Below are positions 38,712 to 48,630 of a DNA stretch of 64,000 nt, piece after piece. The stretch lies in NCBI GenBank assembly GCA_046596515.1, contig JBKJMI010000118.1, forward strand, positions 59,376-123,375, in the 5' to 3' direction. A model generated the notes under the pieces. It made no database searches, had not been told where the DNA came from, and saw nothing but the letters and a program-made list of their open reading frames with translations. How positions within the stretch are numbered: the stretch's first letter is position 1; each line of letters opens with the position of its first letter. A program made the translations under genes and the position numbers. This stretch comes from Chitinophagaceae bacterium. GTDB taxonomy: Bacteria; Bacteroidota; Bacteroidia; Chitinophagales; Chitinophagaceae.

Positions 38712-41153
38712 TCAGCTATTGCTGAAGTTCATGACCCACTTAATTTTTTTATCTTTTTTGTCTGCTTCATGCATGAACCAAAGTTTATAATACTGGCCCT
38801 TCACCCAATTATCCAGATAATCATCATAATAACGGCTGCCAGGATTACCACTTTCTCCTCCGGGATAAACAGCATAGGCCTCTGTTTCGGCAGTCATATG
38901 AACGATCATTCTCCAGCTGGGTCCATGACTTTTTGTTACGGCATTGATGATATCATTATTGCCGCCAATATTCAGATCAGTGCGGGCAAAAGCAGGCAAA
39001 GCATCTTTCAATAAATGATAAACTGCGGGGCGCTTAAATTTTGCCCATTCCAATCTTCCTTCTTTTTCAGCTGAGGCTAATCTTCCTGCTGCACGATGCA
39101 TAGCATCTGTTACCAGATCGAATAAGGTTTCTACCTGAGGCGTATTAATATTATCAATGAATTTCATTGCTGAATCCTTCAATAATAACTCCATTGTAGT
39201 CTGTGCTCCGGGAAAGGGCACTGTATCTGCTTTTGCTAATTCATCTGCCCAAATACAGATCTGCAAACTATCCCACCAGCATTGATAAACTGTTTGACCT
39301 TTTGAATCTGGTGAGGCCATCAGGTCCCAATCACGTACCAGGCCAAGATATTTTTTCTCATCTGCACTTAACCCATCTTCCTTCAAATATTTTAAAAGCA
39401 GGGGACGAATATCTTCTGCTGTAGAATTAAAATAATTGTTTTGCAATTTCATCATATCCTCAGGACGAATACCAGACATAACATTCAAATATTTTTCAAT
39501 GGTAATTGCTCTTGCTGTGATATAACTTCCGGGAATAAAATAGGGATAGGTAGAATCTGCTGGTCGCTGGTTGCCACTTTCTAAAAATCCTCTTACCGGA
39601 TTTTTGCTGTGCGGGTTCTCGGTCTGAGGTATAAATCCCTGCCACATATAACTGGAGTCTTCACCGGGCATTACATAGAGTCCCTGCCCATCCCAGCGGG
39701 CCGGAAATTTACCTTGCTGCCAGATGGCTATATCTCCACTTTTGGACGCGAATACAAAATTCTGACCCGGGCAACTGAATGCCCTGATGGCACTTTCATA
39801 ATCGTCATAATTCTTTGCTCTGTTCAGATAATAGATTGCTAATGCTTCATTGGATCCATCATGCGCCACCCAGCGTACGGCGAGGTTGCGATTGGCGGAA
39901 ACAGGTTTTGAAAAACTCTGATCATACATCACCGGACCGAACACTGTATAAGCCACTGTATCAAAAACTGAGGGCCCTCCTTTCACTTTTATTTCTTCTA
40001 TTCTTAGCTGGGAAGTTTTCCAGGCACTGTCGAACCAATATTCTTTTTTACTCTGATCTCTGAATTTGATCTCATAATAATCTTTCACATCACGCTGGGC
40101 ATTGGTAACTCCCCAGGCTATGCTGTCATTAAAACCAATTATCACGCATGGACTTCCTGGCAGGCTGACCCCATAAACATTACAGGTTGGAGATGATAAT
40201 TGCATTTCATACCAGATCGATGGAAGGGATAATTCCAGGTGAGGATCATTACATAATATTGGAGACCCACTGGCTGTTTTTGAACCGGCCACCACCCAAT
40301 TATTACTTCCATTATCAGGATTCGGTTTGCTGATTTCAGTAGCCTTAACGACAGAAGTATTTTTAAAATATAATGAATCTGCATTTACTGGTTTGATCGG
40401 TATGATCCCTGCCTTATCAAATGCGGTTCCTTTCGGTACTATTGGCAAAAGTGAATCAGGTACCTGCGGATAAAGCATTTTTAATTCATCCGGCATGAAT
40501 ACCGCTTTGGCATTTGTATTAAGCAGATCATTTTCTGTTCCCGAAGAAAGCATTTTTGCCATCATCTTTAATAAAAGACAGGTGCGGAGATTTGACCAGA
40601 CTCCCGGTTTTACATTGAGTAATTTATATTCCAGTGGCAATTGGGATTCTTTCAATTGACTGATGTAGGAGTTTATTCCACTTGTATAAGCATCAAACAT
40701 GGATTTATTTTCAGGATCAGCTTCCACCAGTTTCAACGTATTCTCCGCCGCGTATACCATTCCCAGCCTTCTTTGTTCTTTATCAAAATCAATGGCTTTT
40801 TTTCCTGCGATCTCGCTGGCTCTTCCGGCTGCCGCAAGTGTTTGCAGATCCATTTGAAATAATCTGAATTTAGCATGCAAGTATCCTTGTATGAAATACA
40901 GGTCCTCGTCATTTTCTGCAAATACATGTGGAACCAGTCGCTCATCAAAATAGACCGAAGCCTTACCTTTTAATCCTGGAAAACTAAGGTCTGCGTCAAA
41001 GGATTGATCTGCCGGTTCTGCATTCTGCCAGAAACCATGCTGCGGACTAAAAAATTTACCGGGGGGAGATGGCAAAGGGCCCAGGGGCCGGTTGAAAACA
41101 AAAACGAGTCCCGCGGTCATTATGGTGGAAATGGCAAACGGAAGGAGGCGCAT
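38712..41153 (-). CDS. Penicillin acylase family Ntn-hydrolase (peptidase S45)
   Basis: VPHVFA, QGYLHAKFRLFQMD, G-SNNWVV (catalytic Ser), LCNDPHL, GFNDSIAWGVTN, GPSWRMIV, YPGGESGNP. Confidence 0.93.
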   Translation of the reverse strand: MRLLPFAISTIMTAGLVFVFNRPLGPLPSPPGKFFSPQHGFWQNAEPADQSFDADLSFPGLKGKASVYFDERLVPHVFAENDEDLYFIQGYLHAKFRLFQMDLQTLAAAGRASEIAGKKAIDFDKEQRRLGMVYAAENTLKLVEADPENKSMFDAYTSGINSYISQLKESQLPLEYKLLNVKPGVWSNLRTCLLLKMMAKMLSSGTENDLLNTNAKAVFMPDELKMLYPQVPDSLLPIVPKGTAFDKAGIIPIKPVNADSLYFKNTSVVKATEISKPNPDNGSNNWVVAGSKTASGSPILCNDPHLELSLPSIWYEMQLSSPTCNVYGVSLPGSPCVIIGFNDSIAWGVTNAQRDVKDYYEIKFRDQSKKEYWFDSAWKTSQLRIEEIKVKGGPSVFDTVAYTVFGPVMYDQSFSKPVSANRNLAVRWVAHDGSNEALAIYYLNRAKNYDDYESAIRAFSCPGQNFVFASKSGDIAIWQQGKFPARWDGQGLYVMPGEDSSYMWQGFIPQTENPHSKNPVRGFLESGNQRPADSTYPYFIPGSYITARAITIEKYLNVMSGIRPEDMMKLQNNYFNSTAEDIRPLLLKYLKEDGLSADEKKYLGLVRDWDLMASPDSKGQTVYQCWWDSLQICIWADELAKADTVPFPGAQTTMELLLKDSAMKFIDNINTPQVETLFDLVTDAMHRAAGRLASAEKEGRLEWAKFKRPAVYHLLKDALPAFARTDLNIGGNNDIINAVTKSHGPSWRMIVHMTAETEAYAVYPGGESGNPGSRYYDDYLDNWVKGQYYKLWFMHEADKKDKKIKWVMNFSNS

Positions 41154-41197
41154 AAAATATATATATTATTCTAAGTTAGGTGATAAAATTCAAGTGG

Positions 41198-41854
41198 CTA
41201 ATTGTTCCTTCCGCCCAGCATGGGTACAAAAGAAAATTGATCGAATATTTCCTCTTTCCAATCTGTACAACTCAATTTTGTAATTCTCATCATTTGCTGC
41301 ACTTTTCCTGCCCCAACCGGAATAACCATCAGCCCTCCGGGTTTTAATTGCTGCAGAAGTTTGGGTGGTATTTCCGGCGCCGCTGCCGTGATCAGTATCC
41401 GATCAAAAGGAGCATAACTGGGCAAGCCTTCATAACCATCACCATAAAAAAATTTAATGTTGTGATATTTATTCAGGAGATCAAAACGCTTATTATTATC
41501 AAACAGTTTTTTTTGCCTCTCAATAGTAAATACCTGAACCCCCATTTCAGCCAGAACCACGGCCTGGTAAGCACTTCCTGTTCCAATCTCCAACACTTTA
41601 AGGAAAGGCCTTAATTCCAGCAATTGAGATTGATAAGCGACAGTGTATGGCTGACTAATAGTTTGTCCTGCCTCTATTGGGAAAGCGCGGTCCTCATAGG
41701 CGTGATCATCAAAGACAGAATCAAGAAAAAAATGGCGGGGCACTTCAAGCATAGCATCAAGTACCCTTTCATCTGTTATACCTTTTAGTTGTAATGACTT
41801 CACCAGATTTTTTCTCATCCCCTTATGCTGGTATGTATCTTCTGTTGGTCTCAT
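41198..41854 (-). CDS. pcm: Protein-L-isoaspartate O-methyltransferase
   Basis: VPRHFF, GQTISQPYTVA, VLEIGTGSAY, GDGYEG, APFDRILITAAA, FSFVPM. Confidence 0.95.
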   Translation of the reverse strand: MRPTEDTYQHKGMRKNLVKSLQLKGITDERVLDAMLEVPRHFFLDSVFDDHAYEDRAFPIEAGQTISQPYTVAYQSQLLELRPFLKVLEIGTGSAYQAVVLAEMGVQVFTIERQKKLFDNNKRFDLLNKYHNIKFFYGDGYEGLPSYAPFDRILITAAAPEIPPKLLQQLKPGGLMVIPVGAGKVQQMMRITKLSCTDWKEEIFDQFSFVPMLGGRNN

Positions 41855-43572
41855 AAGCCCATATCTGCGATTAGTGTACTGATCTTTTCTACCAGTTCCG
41901 CATTCAAAAGATCGAATTCTTCCTTGTCCTTCATTTTTGTGTTCACGCTGAAATAAAATTTGATCTTGGGCTCAGTACCACTGGGTCGGGCTGAAATGCT
42001 GGTGCCATCATCGAGCAAAAACTGTAACACATTGGAGCGGGGAAGATCTAGTGCTTTCTCCTCACCGGTCACCAGGTTTTTCTCTACCTGCAGCTCATAA
42101 TCTTTAATGGTAACCAGTTTTGAACTTCCTATCATGGATGGAGGATCCTTTCTGTATGCCTCCATCATATTTGCGATCTGCTGCTGACCATCCATTCCTT
42201 TTTTTGTGATAGAGATCAGATGTTCTTTGTACAATCCATATTCGGCATACAGATCGATCATTTTTTCATAAAGGGTCCTTCCTTTTTCTTTTTCATAGGC
42301 CGCCATTTCGCAAAGTAAGGCAACAGCGCTTATGCCATCCTTATCACGGATTTTATCACCGATCATCAAACCAAAACTCTCCTCTCCTCCTATTATATAA
42401 TTTTCTTTTCCTTCTTTCTCACGGATCTTTTCTGCGATCCATTTAAATCCTGTGAGTACACGGTAACAGGCCACTTCATTTTTTTTAGCGATGGCATCAA
42501 CCATTGGAGTAGTAACAATTGTAGTAATTACCATATCGTTTGGCCTGGCTATCCCTTTTGCTTTTCTAGCCTCTATCAGGTAATTAAAAGCGAGTACCGC
42601 TGTTTGATTTCCATTCATAAGTATCCAATTCCCTTCTTTATCCTTTACTCCGATCGCGATTCGGTCCGCATCCGGATCTGTTCCGCAAAGAATATCCGCA
42701 TCCAGTTCTTTGGCTAGTTTAAGACCCAGGCTCATCGCCTCGCTTTCTTCCGGATTAGGATAGGCTACGGTAGGAAAATTACCATCAGGCACTGCCTGCG
42801 CCTCTACGATATGTACATTTTCAAATCCAAATCGTTTTAATACAGGAGGCACCATTTTTATACCCGTTCCATGTATGGGAGTATAAACGATTTTCAGGTC
42901 TTTATGCTTTTCAATGATCTCTGGATAAACAGAAAGGCCTTTTACCATTTCTATATACTGTTTATCCATTTCTTCTCCGATGATTGTGATATTTTTATCG
43001 CCCCCACTCCATTTTACTTCATCAACTGAATTGATCTTATCAACTTCACCTATTACATTTTTATCATGGGGTGGCACTAATTGTGAACCATCATTCCAAT
43101 AGGCCTTATACCCATTATATTCTTTAGGATTATGCGAGGCAGTGCAGACCACTCCACCCTGGCAATTCAAGGTTCTTATGGCAAAAGAAAGTTCAGGAGT
43201 GGGCCTCAGGTCCTCAAAAAGATAAACATGAATGCCATTGGCAGCAAAAACATGAGCGACTGTCTCCGCAAAAAAACGACTGTTATTACGACTGTCATGC
43301 GCAATGGCCACTTTCACATTTTCGCCAAAGAATTGTTTAAGATAATTGGCGTAACCCTGGGTTGCCATGCCCACCGTGTATTTATTCATCCGGTTGGTAC
43401 CCACCCCCATTAACCCCCTGAGTCCCCCTGTTCCAAATTCCAGGTTTTGATAAAAAGCATCTTCAAGACCTGCAGGATCTTCATTTTGCAATCTTTTAAT
43501 CTCTTCTTTAGTTGCCGGATCCATGTTTCCGGAAAGCCAGCTGTCGATTCTTTGTTGAGTTGCCAGTTCCAT
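41851..43572 (-). CDS. pgm: Phosphoglucomutase / phospho-sugar mutase
   Basis: LEFGTGGLRG, TASHNPKEYNGYK, DPDADR, GGEESFG, RPSGTEPKIKFY. Confidence 0.93.
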   Translation of the reverse strand: MELATQQRIDSWLSGNMDPATKEEIKRLQNEDPAGLEDAFYQNLEFGTGGLRGLMGVGTNRMNKYTVGMATQGYANYLKQFFGENVKVAIAHDSRNNSRFFAETVAHVFAANGIHVYLFEDLRPTPELSFAIRTLNCQGGVVCTASHNPKEYNGYKAYWNDGSQLVPPHDKNVIGEVDKINSVDEVKWSGGDKNITIIGEEMDKQYIEMVKGLSVYPEIIEKHKDLKIVYTPIHGTGIKMVPPVLKRFGFENVHIVEAQAVPDGNFPTVAYPNPEESEAMSLGLKLAKELDADILCGTDPDADRIAIGVKDKEGNWILMNGNQTAVLAFNYLIEARKAKGIARPNDMVITTIVTTPMVDAIAKKNEVACYRVLTGFKWIAEKIREKEGKENYIIGGEESFGLMIGDKIRDKDGISAVALLCEMAAYEKEKGRTLYEKMIDLYAEYGLYKEHLISITKKGMDGQQQIANMMEAYRKDPPSMIGSSKLVTIKDYELQVEKNLVTGEEKALDLPRSNVLQFLLDDGTSISARPSGTEPKIKFYFSVNTKMKDKEEFDLLNAELVEKISTLIADMGL

Positions 43573-43629
43573 ATGTATTAAACTTAATTTCAGCTTGAAA
43601 GTTATTGAATTTTAGAAGAGCCGGAAGCG

Positions 43630-43637
43630 TAAATTTG
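43630..43637 (+). promoter_or_regulatory. -7 box TAAATTTG
   Basis: Exact TAnnTTTG, 8 nt before the ORF start. Confidence 0.55.
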
Positions 43638-43645
43638 CTTTTTGT

Positions 43646-44617
43646 TTGGTGCGAAATCTTTTATTCATAATATACTTCTTCTTTCTTCCATTCGCCAATG
43701 CGATCGGTCAGCATGCTGTATCCGCAGGTTCCCATTATTTTTCTATTGCAGATTCCATTCCAAAGAATAATAAGTCTAGAAAAAGAGTATACCTGGTTTC
43801 AGCTGTTAATGTGGTAGGATATGGTGGTACCATGATCGGTCTTTATAATGCATGGTATCGTAATTATGCACAAACCGCATTCCATTTTTTTAATGATATA
43901 CCCGAATGGAAACAGGTGGATAAAGTTGGACACATGTTCAGCGCTTATCAGGAGAGCAGGGCCTCTACTGCCAGCTGGCGCTGGACAGGTATTGACCGTA
44001 AAAAATATATCTGGATCGGCGGTATGAGTGGTGCATTCTATCAAACAGCTATTGAAGTATTGGATGGATTTTCAGCCGGCTGGGGCTGGAGTTGGGGAGA
44101 TTTTGGCGCAAATGTACTGGGCAGCGGATCTTTTGTGGCGCAAGAACTGGGATGGAATGAACAACGCATACAGATCAAATTCTCTACTCATAAAAAAAAC
44201 TATGCTGATCCTGTATTAAATCAGCGAAGTGATGAACTGTTTGGCAAATCTTCTGCAGAACGATTTTTAAAAGATTATAATGCCCAGACCTATTGGGCCT
44301 CATTAAATCTTCGATCTTTTTTTCCAATGTCCAAATTACCGGCATGGCTAAATATTTCTGTTGGGTATGGAGCAGAAGGACTTTTTGGTGGAAGGCAGAA
44401 CCTGGCGCTGGATCAGAATGGGGCTATAAAGTTTGACCGACGCGATATCAGCAGGTATCGTCAGTGGTACCTGGCGCCGGATGTCGATTTTACCCGGATA
44501 AAAACTAAAAACAAAGCATTAAAAACCTTTTTTTCACTACTTAATGCTGTTAAATGCCCTTTACCTGCAATGGAACTATCTAAAGGGAAACTTAGGTTAC
44601 ACGGTATTTACTTCTAG
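43646..44617 (+). CDS. DUF2279 / YfiM-like exported protein
   Basis: FHFFNDIPEWKQVDKVGH, IEVLDGFSAGWGWSWGD, DYNAQTYW, WLNISVGYGA, RQWYLAPDVD. Confidence 0.8.
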   Translation: MVRNLLFIIYFFFLPFANAIGQHAVSAGSHYFSIADSIPKNNKSRKRVYLVSAVNVVGYGGTMIGLYNAWYRNYAQTAFHFFNDIPEWKQVDKVGHMFSAYQESRASTASWRWTGIDRKKYIWIGGMSGAFYQTAIEVLDGFSAGWGWSWGDFGANVLGSGSFVAQELGWNEQRIQIKFSTHKKNYADPVLNQRSDELFGKSSAERFLKDYNAQTYWASLNLRSFFPMSKLPAWLNISVGYGAEGLFGGRQNLALDQNGAIKFDRRDISRYRQWYLAPDVDFTRIKTKNKALKTFFSLLNAVKCPLPAMELSKGKLRLHGIYF

Positions 44618-44655
44618 GCCGCTTAATCCTTAATTTAGCAGAGCAATTCAAATTT

Positions 44656-45972
44656 ATGCTGATCCTCCAACAAATTATTTTCGTCGCAGTTTCTGTTTTT
44701 GCTGTTTGGTTATTCTCAAAAAAAGTTAAAGAGATCAGCCGTAATATTAATCTGGGTCAAAAAGAAGAAATTAGCGGTTCAACTGCAGAAAGATGGAAAA
44801 ATGTTTTATTGCTTGCACTTGGTCAAAAGAAAATGTTTCGAAATCCAACAGTAGCGCTACTTCATTTTTTTGTTTATGCAGGATTCATTATTATAAATAT
44901 TGAAATACTCGAGATCATCCTGGATGGAATAACTGGTAAACACCGTCTTTTTGCCCAGCCATTGAACGGGCTTTATAGTTTTTTAATAAACGCATTTGAA
45001 GTGCTGGCTCTTTCAGTACTATTAGCCTGTGTTGTATTTTTGATTCGAAGAAACATAACTAAAGTGCGAAGAGTATCAGGAACCAATCCTGAATTAGCTG
45101 GATGGCCAAAAACAGATGCAAATTTTATTCTGGTCATTGAGATCGTTCTTATGTCTCTTTTTCTTCTGATGAATGCCAGTGATACACTATTGCAATTAAA
45201 GGGCGCGCAACATTATTCTGCAAATCTTACCGGAAATTTTATTATTTCTCAACATCTGCAGCCTCTTCTAAGCGGTCTGGGTGAACAATCACTGATCGGA
45301 TTGGAAAGAACTGCCTGGTGGTTACATATCGTTGGCATTTTTGCTTTTCTTAATTACCTGCCCTATTCAAAACATCTGCATATCGTACTGGCATTTCCAA
45401 ATACATATTTTGCCAGGAATTATCCCATGGGCAAAATGGAGAACATGCCTTCTGTACAACAGGAGGTTCTGTATGCCATGCAGCCTGAACTGGCTCCTGC
45501 AAATGCAGCTCCGCCTTCAAGATTTGGGGCAAAGGATGTGATGGATCTGAGTTGGAAAAACCTCATGGATGCTTATAGTTGTACAGAATGTGGCAGATGT
45601 ACTGCCGCCTGCCCGGCAAACCTAACAGGGAAATTATTGTCCCCACGTAAGATCATGATGGATACGCGGGATCGGCTGGAGGAAGTAGGGAAAAATATTA
45701 ATAAGAATAAATCCTTTGTGGATGATGGGAAAAGCCTGCTTCATGATCGAATCAGCACGGAAGAACTCAGGGCCTGCACCACCTGCAATGCCTGTGTTCA
45801 GGAATGTCCCGTCGCCATTAGTCCTTTGTCAATAATTATTCAACTCAGAAGATATCTGATCATGGAGGAAAGTAATTCTCCTCAGGAATGGGCCACTATG
45901 TTCGGGAATGTGGAGAATAATTTTGCTCCCTGGAAATTCAGTCCGGATGAAAGAGATGCATGGGTTAAATAA
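44656..45972 (+). CDS. Membrane Fe-S protein (FadF/Hdr-like N-terminal half: multi-TM plus two 4Fe-4S motifs)
   Basis: PYSKHLHI, CTECGRCTAACPA, CTTCNACVQECP, LSPRKIMMD, NFAPW. Confidence 0.88.
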   Translation: MLILQQIIFVAVSVFAVWLFSKKVKEISRNINLGQKEEISGSTAERWKNVLLLALGQKKMFRNPTVALLHFFVYAGFIIINIEILEIILDGITGKHRLFAQPLNGLYSFLINAFEVLALSVLLACVVFLIRRNITKVRRVSGTNPELAGWPKTDANFILVIEIVLMSLFLLMNASDTLLQLKGAQHYSANLTGNFIISQHLQPLLSGLGEQSLIGLERTAWWLHIVGIFAFLNYLPYSKHLHIVLAFPNTYFARNYPMGKMENMPSVQQEVLYAMQPELAPANAAPPSRFGAKDVMDLSWKNLMDAYSCTECGRCTAACPANLTGKLLSPRKIMMDTRDRLEEVGKNINKNKSFVDDGKSLLHDRISTEELRACTTCNACVQECPVAISPLSIIIQLRRYLIMEESNSPQEWATMFGNVENNFAPWKFSPDERDAWVK

Positions 45973-45975
45973 TGT

Positions 45976-46710
45976 TCAGGAATGTTTTTTTGATGAATCA
46001 TTTTCATCAAGAATAATATCTTTTATTTCTTTTTCCAGTGACAATTCGATCTTCTCGGGATGCTCCAGTTTTTCAACAGCGTCTCTTTTTCTTATTATTT
46101 GAATTACCTGGATAATAGCCGTAACCGTAAATATTCCTCCGATCACCCATTGAAAAACATCTTGATTATCATTGATCTTATTGGCGATTAATTGTCCGCC
46201 GAATATGAAAAGCAGGTTGCCAAGAAAGGTTCCGAATCCAATACCAAAAATATAAGTGTTGTAATGGTCGTTCCTGGGTAATAAAACTTTTTTAGTAAAC
46301 AACATCGTACTCCATCCCAGCCAGAAAGGAAATTGAGCGGGACTGATCGCACACATGAAAACCCCCAGCCAGAATTTTGGCAGGCTGCTGCTGAGAATGG
46401 CATTCTTGTGCATTGATGGGTGAAGTGCCCCATAGAAACTTGAAATAGCCAGGGCCAGCACAATGACCAGCGTTACATATTCAAGTACCCGGAGTACTTT
46501 TTTCTGACTTCTGATCCAGTTCAAGGCAACTAAAGAAATGCGCACATAGATCATTTCAATGATCAACGATCCTATAGAAAACCACAGAGCAGATTCTACC
46601 CCATCAGAGACGGATATCTGCATAGACGCCACATTAAGTGTAGCAAGGGGTAATGATCCGAGGAAACTGATCAGCATACCCACAGCAAATATTTTCATTA
46701 AGGATCTCAT
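45976..46710 (-). CDS. LysE family translocator
   Basis: FLGSLPLATLN, about 6 TM, AISPAQFPFWLGW, GTFLG. Confidence 0.82.
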   Translation of the reverse strand: MRSLMKIFAVGMLISFLGSLPLATLNVASMQISVSDGVESALWFSIGSLIIEMIYVRISLVALNWIRSQKKVLRVLEYVTLVIVLALAISSFYGALHPSMHKNAILSSSLPKFWLGVFMCAISPAQFPFWLGWSTMLFTKKVLLPRNDHYNTYIFGIGFGTFLGNLLFIFGGQLIANKINDNQDVFQWVIGGIFTVTAIIQVIQIIRKRDAVEKLEHPEKIELSLEKEIKDIILDENDSSKKHS

Positions 46711-46725
46711 CTGCTAAATATTTAA

Positions 46726-47763
46726 TCAATCAAATTTCTCCAGCAGTTGAAAATGCTTTTTCGACTCTTTCAAAAACCGATAGCCTTTCATAAACGACCA
46801 ATAGGGAACGCCTTGCTTATTATTATACCGGCTGATCTTTGATAGTGCGCTCCAGTGCTGAATTATAACCGAGTAAGCCTTCCATAAATTCATGCCACAA
46901 TCGTAAATATGATTGGGCTCCGCTCCGCAGCCGTTAAATTCAAGAATGACAAAATTCCTGCCCCTTTTCAAATCTTCAATAGAATGGGTCTTAATATCAT
47001 AGCGGCCGTAGAAAAATTGGTTATTATAATGACTCAACTCATCAAAAACCTTATGAAGATCGGCATCGATCTCTTTATGCAGGTTGGTGAAATGAGCTCC
47101 CCGGTTATGATTTCCCGCATAGGATAAATAAAATATCTCTCCTTCTGGTAAGATCCGGTCGAACCGATGACCATGACGATGCTCCATTTCTTCCATCCGG
47201 AACTTAGCCCTTGGATGGTCCAGGATCAGTTGGCGGAGATCGGAAGTTCCATTTCCCGTTACCTGTAATAATTCTTTATCGATGAAGCCACTGACCACTC
47301 CGTTTTTTTCCCAGGGATAACGGTAATAAAAAACGCTTACCTCCACCGGCAGAATCACCAGGTCCTGCACAATATATTCTACAGGTATTTTATTATGATA
47401 TTTCTCCAATTGATTCCAGTCACTGATCCGGCGAAACAAAATCCCTTTCATCCCGATATCAGGCTTAACAATAAATGGGAATTGAAATCCCGCATCTGTA
47501 ATATTTTTCTTTACCACTTCAAAGGGAAGATCATGAAGAATATAAATTGTTCGTGGAATCAGGTCGGTGGGGAGCTGATCATACATTTCTTTTTTACCCT
47601 CTCCTTCAAAACCTCCGAATGTAATAGTAGGATTTGAGCTGCTGAAGAACCAAAATGAACCATTTCGCAAACAATGCCAAAGCCAAACAAAACTAATAGG
47701 GAAATAGAGCAGATAAAAATTCCAGCGTTCCCAGTTGGTAAGTCGTAAATAGAATTTCTTCAT
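46726..47763 (-). CDS. ATP-grasp fold protein of unknown specificity
   Basis: FPFIVKPDIG, YIVQD, VTGNG, GNHNRG, YGRYD, ILEFNG; likely start MKKFY at 47763. Confidence 0.82.
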   Translation of the reverse strand: MKKFYLRLTNWERWNFYLLYFPISFVWLWHCLRNGSFWFFSSSNPTITFGGFEGEGKKEMYDQLPTDLIPRTIYILHDLPFEVVKKNITDAGFQFPFIVKPDIGMKGILFRRISDWNQLEKYHNKIPVEYIVQDLVILPVEVSVFYYRYPWEKNGVVSGFIDKELLQVTGNGTSDLRQLILDHPRAKFRMEEMEHRHGHRFDRILPEGEIFYLSYAGNHNRGAHFTNLHKEIDADLHKVFDELSHYNNQFFYGRYDIKTHSIEDLKRGRNFVILEFNGCGAEPNHIYDCGMNLWKAYSVIIQHWSALSKISRYNNKQGVPYWSFMKGYRFLKESKKHFQLLEKFD

Positions 47764-47834
47764 CAGAATTAAGCCCCTTATTGCCGGCAAGTTATCTTAT
47801 TTATTGGTAATTTGCCATTCAAATCAATGCCTTC

Positions 47835-48614
47835 ATGCAAGTAAAAACTATGGCTTCAATGACGGCGGAAGGTGACCAACCTGAAATACTTTTTTGGGTT
47901 GGTTGCGCCGGAAGTTTTGATCAGCGAGCGCAGCAAATCACCAGGGCCTTTGCCGCTATTCTCAATAAAACAGGGATTCGTTTTGCCATTTTAGGTAAGG
48001 AAGAAATGTGTACCGGAGATCCGGTACGCAGGGCGGGAAATGAATTCATGTTTCAGATGATGGCCTATCAGAATATCCAGATTCTAAATAATTACCAGGT
48101 CAAAAAAATTGTAACGGCCTGCCCGCATTGTTTTAATATTTTGAAAAATGAGTACCCTGCTCTTGGTGGAAATTACGAGGTTATTCATCACAGTACATTG
48201 TTACAGCAACTAATTGATGAAGGTCGCATACGGCTGAAAGAAGGTGGCGAGTTTAAAGGAAAAAAGATCACCTATCACGATAGTTGTTACCTGGGTCGCG
48301 CCAATAATATTTATGAAGCGCCGCGAAAAGTGCTGGAAGCGCTTGATGCGGAATTGGTAGAAATGAAAAGATGCAAGAGTAACGGCTTGTGTTGCGGGGC
48401 TGGTGGTGCTCAGATGTTCAAAGAAGAAGAACCTGGCAAACTAAGAATCAATATCGACCGTACGCAGGAAGCCATTGGAACCGGTGCCGGTATCATTGCC
48501 GCGGCTTGCCCCTTTTGTAATACTATGATGACTGACGGGGTTAAACTGGCTGATAAAGAGGATTCTGTTAAAGTCCTGGACATAGCCGAGATCATAGAGA
48601 AGGAAATGGAATGA
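47835..48614 (+). CDS. CCG-domain Fe-S protein (FadF/GlpC/HdrD-like C-terminal half)
   Basis: FWVGCAGSFD, EEMCTGD, TACPHC, YHDSCYLGR, CCGAGG, AACPFC. Confidence 0.9.
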   Translation: MQVKTMASMTAEGDQPEILFWVGCAGSFDQRAQQITRAFAAILNKTGIRFAILGKEEMCTGDPVRRAGNEFMFQMMAYQNIQILNNYQVKKIVTACPHCFNILKNEYPALGGNYEVIHHSTLLQQLIDEGRIRLKEGGEFKGKKITYHDSCYLGRANNIYEAPRKVLEALDAELVEMKRCKSNGLCCGAGGAQMFKEEEPGKLRINIDRTQEAIGTGAGIIAAACPFCNTMMTDGVKLADKEDSVKVLDIAEIIEKEME

Positions 48615-48618
48615 TCTT

Positions 48619-48626
48619 TACCTTTG
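48619..48626 (+). promoter_or_regulatory. -7 box TACCTTTG
   Basis: Exact TAnnTTTG, 4 nt before ATG 48631. Confidence 0.55.
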
Positions 48627-48630
48627 CAGA

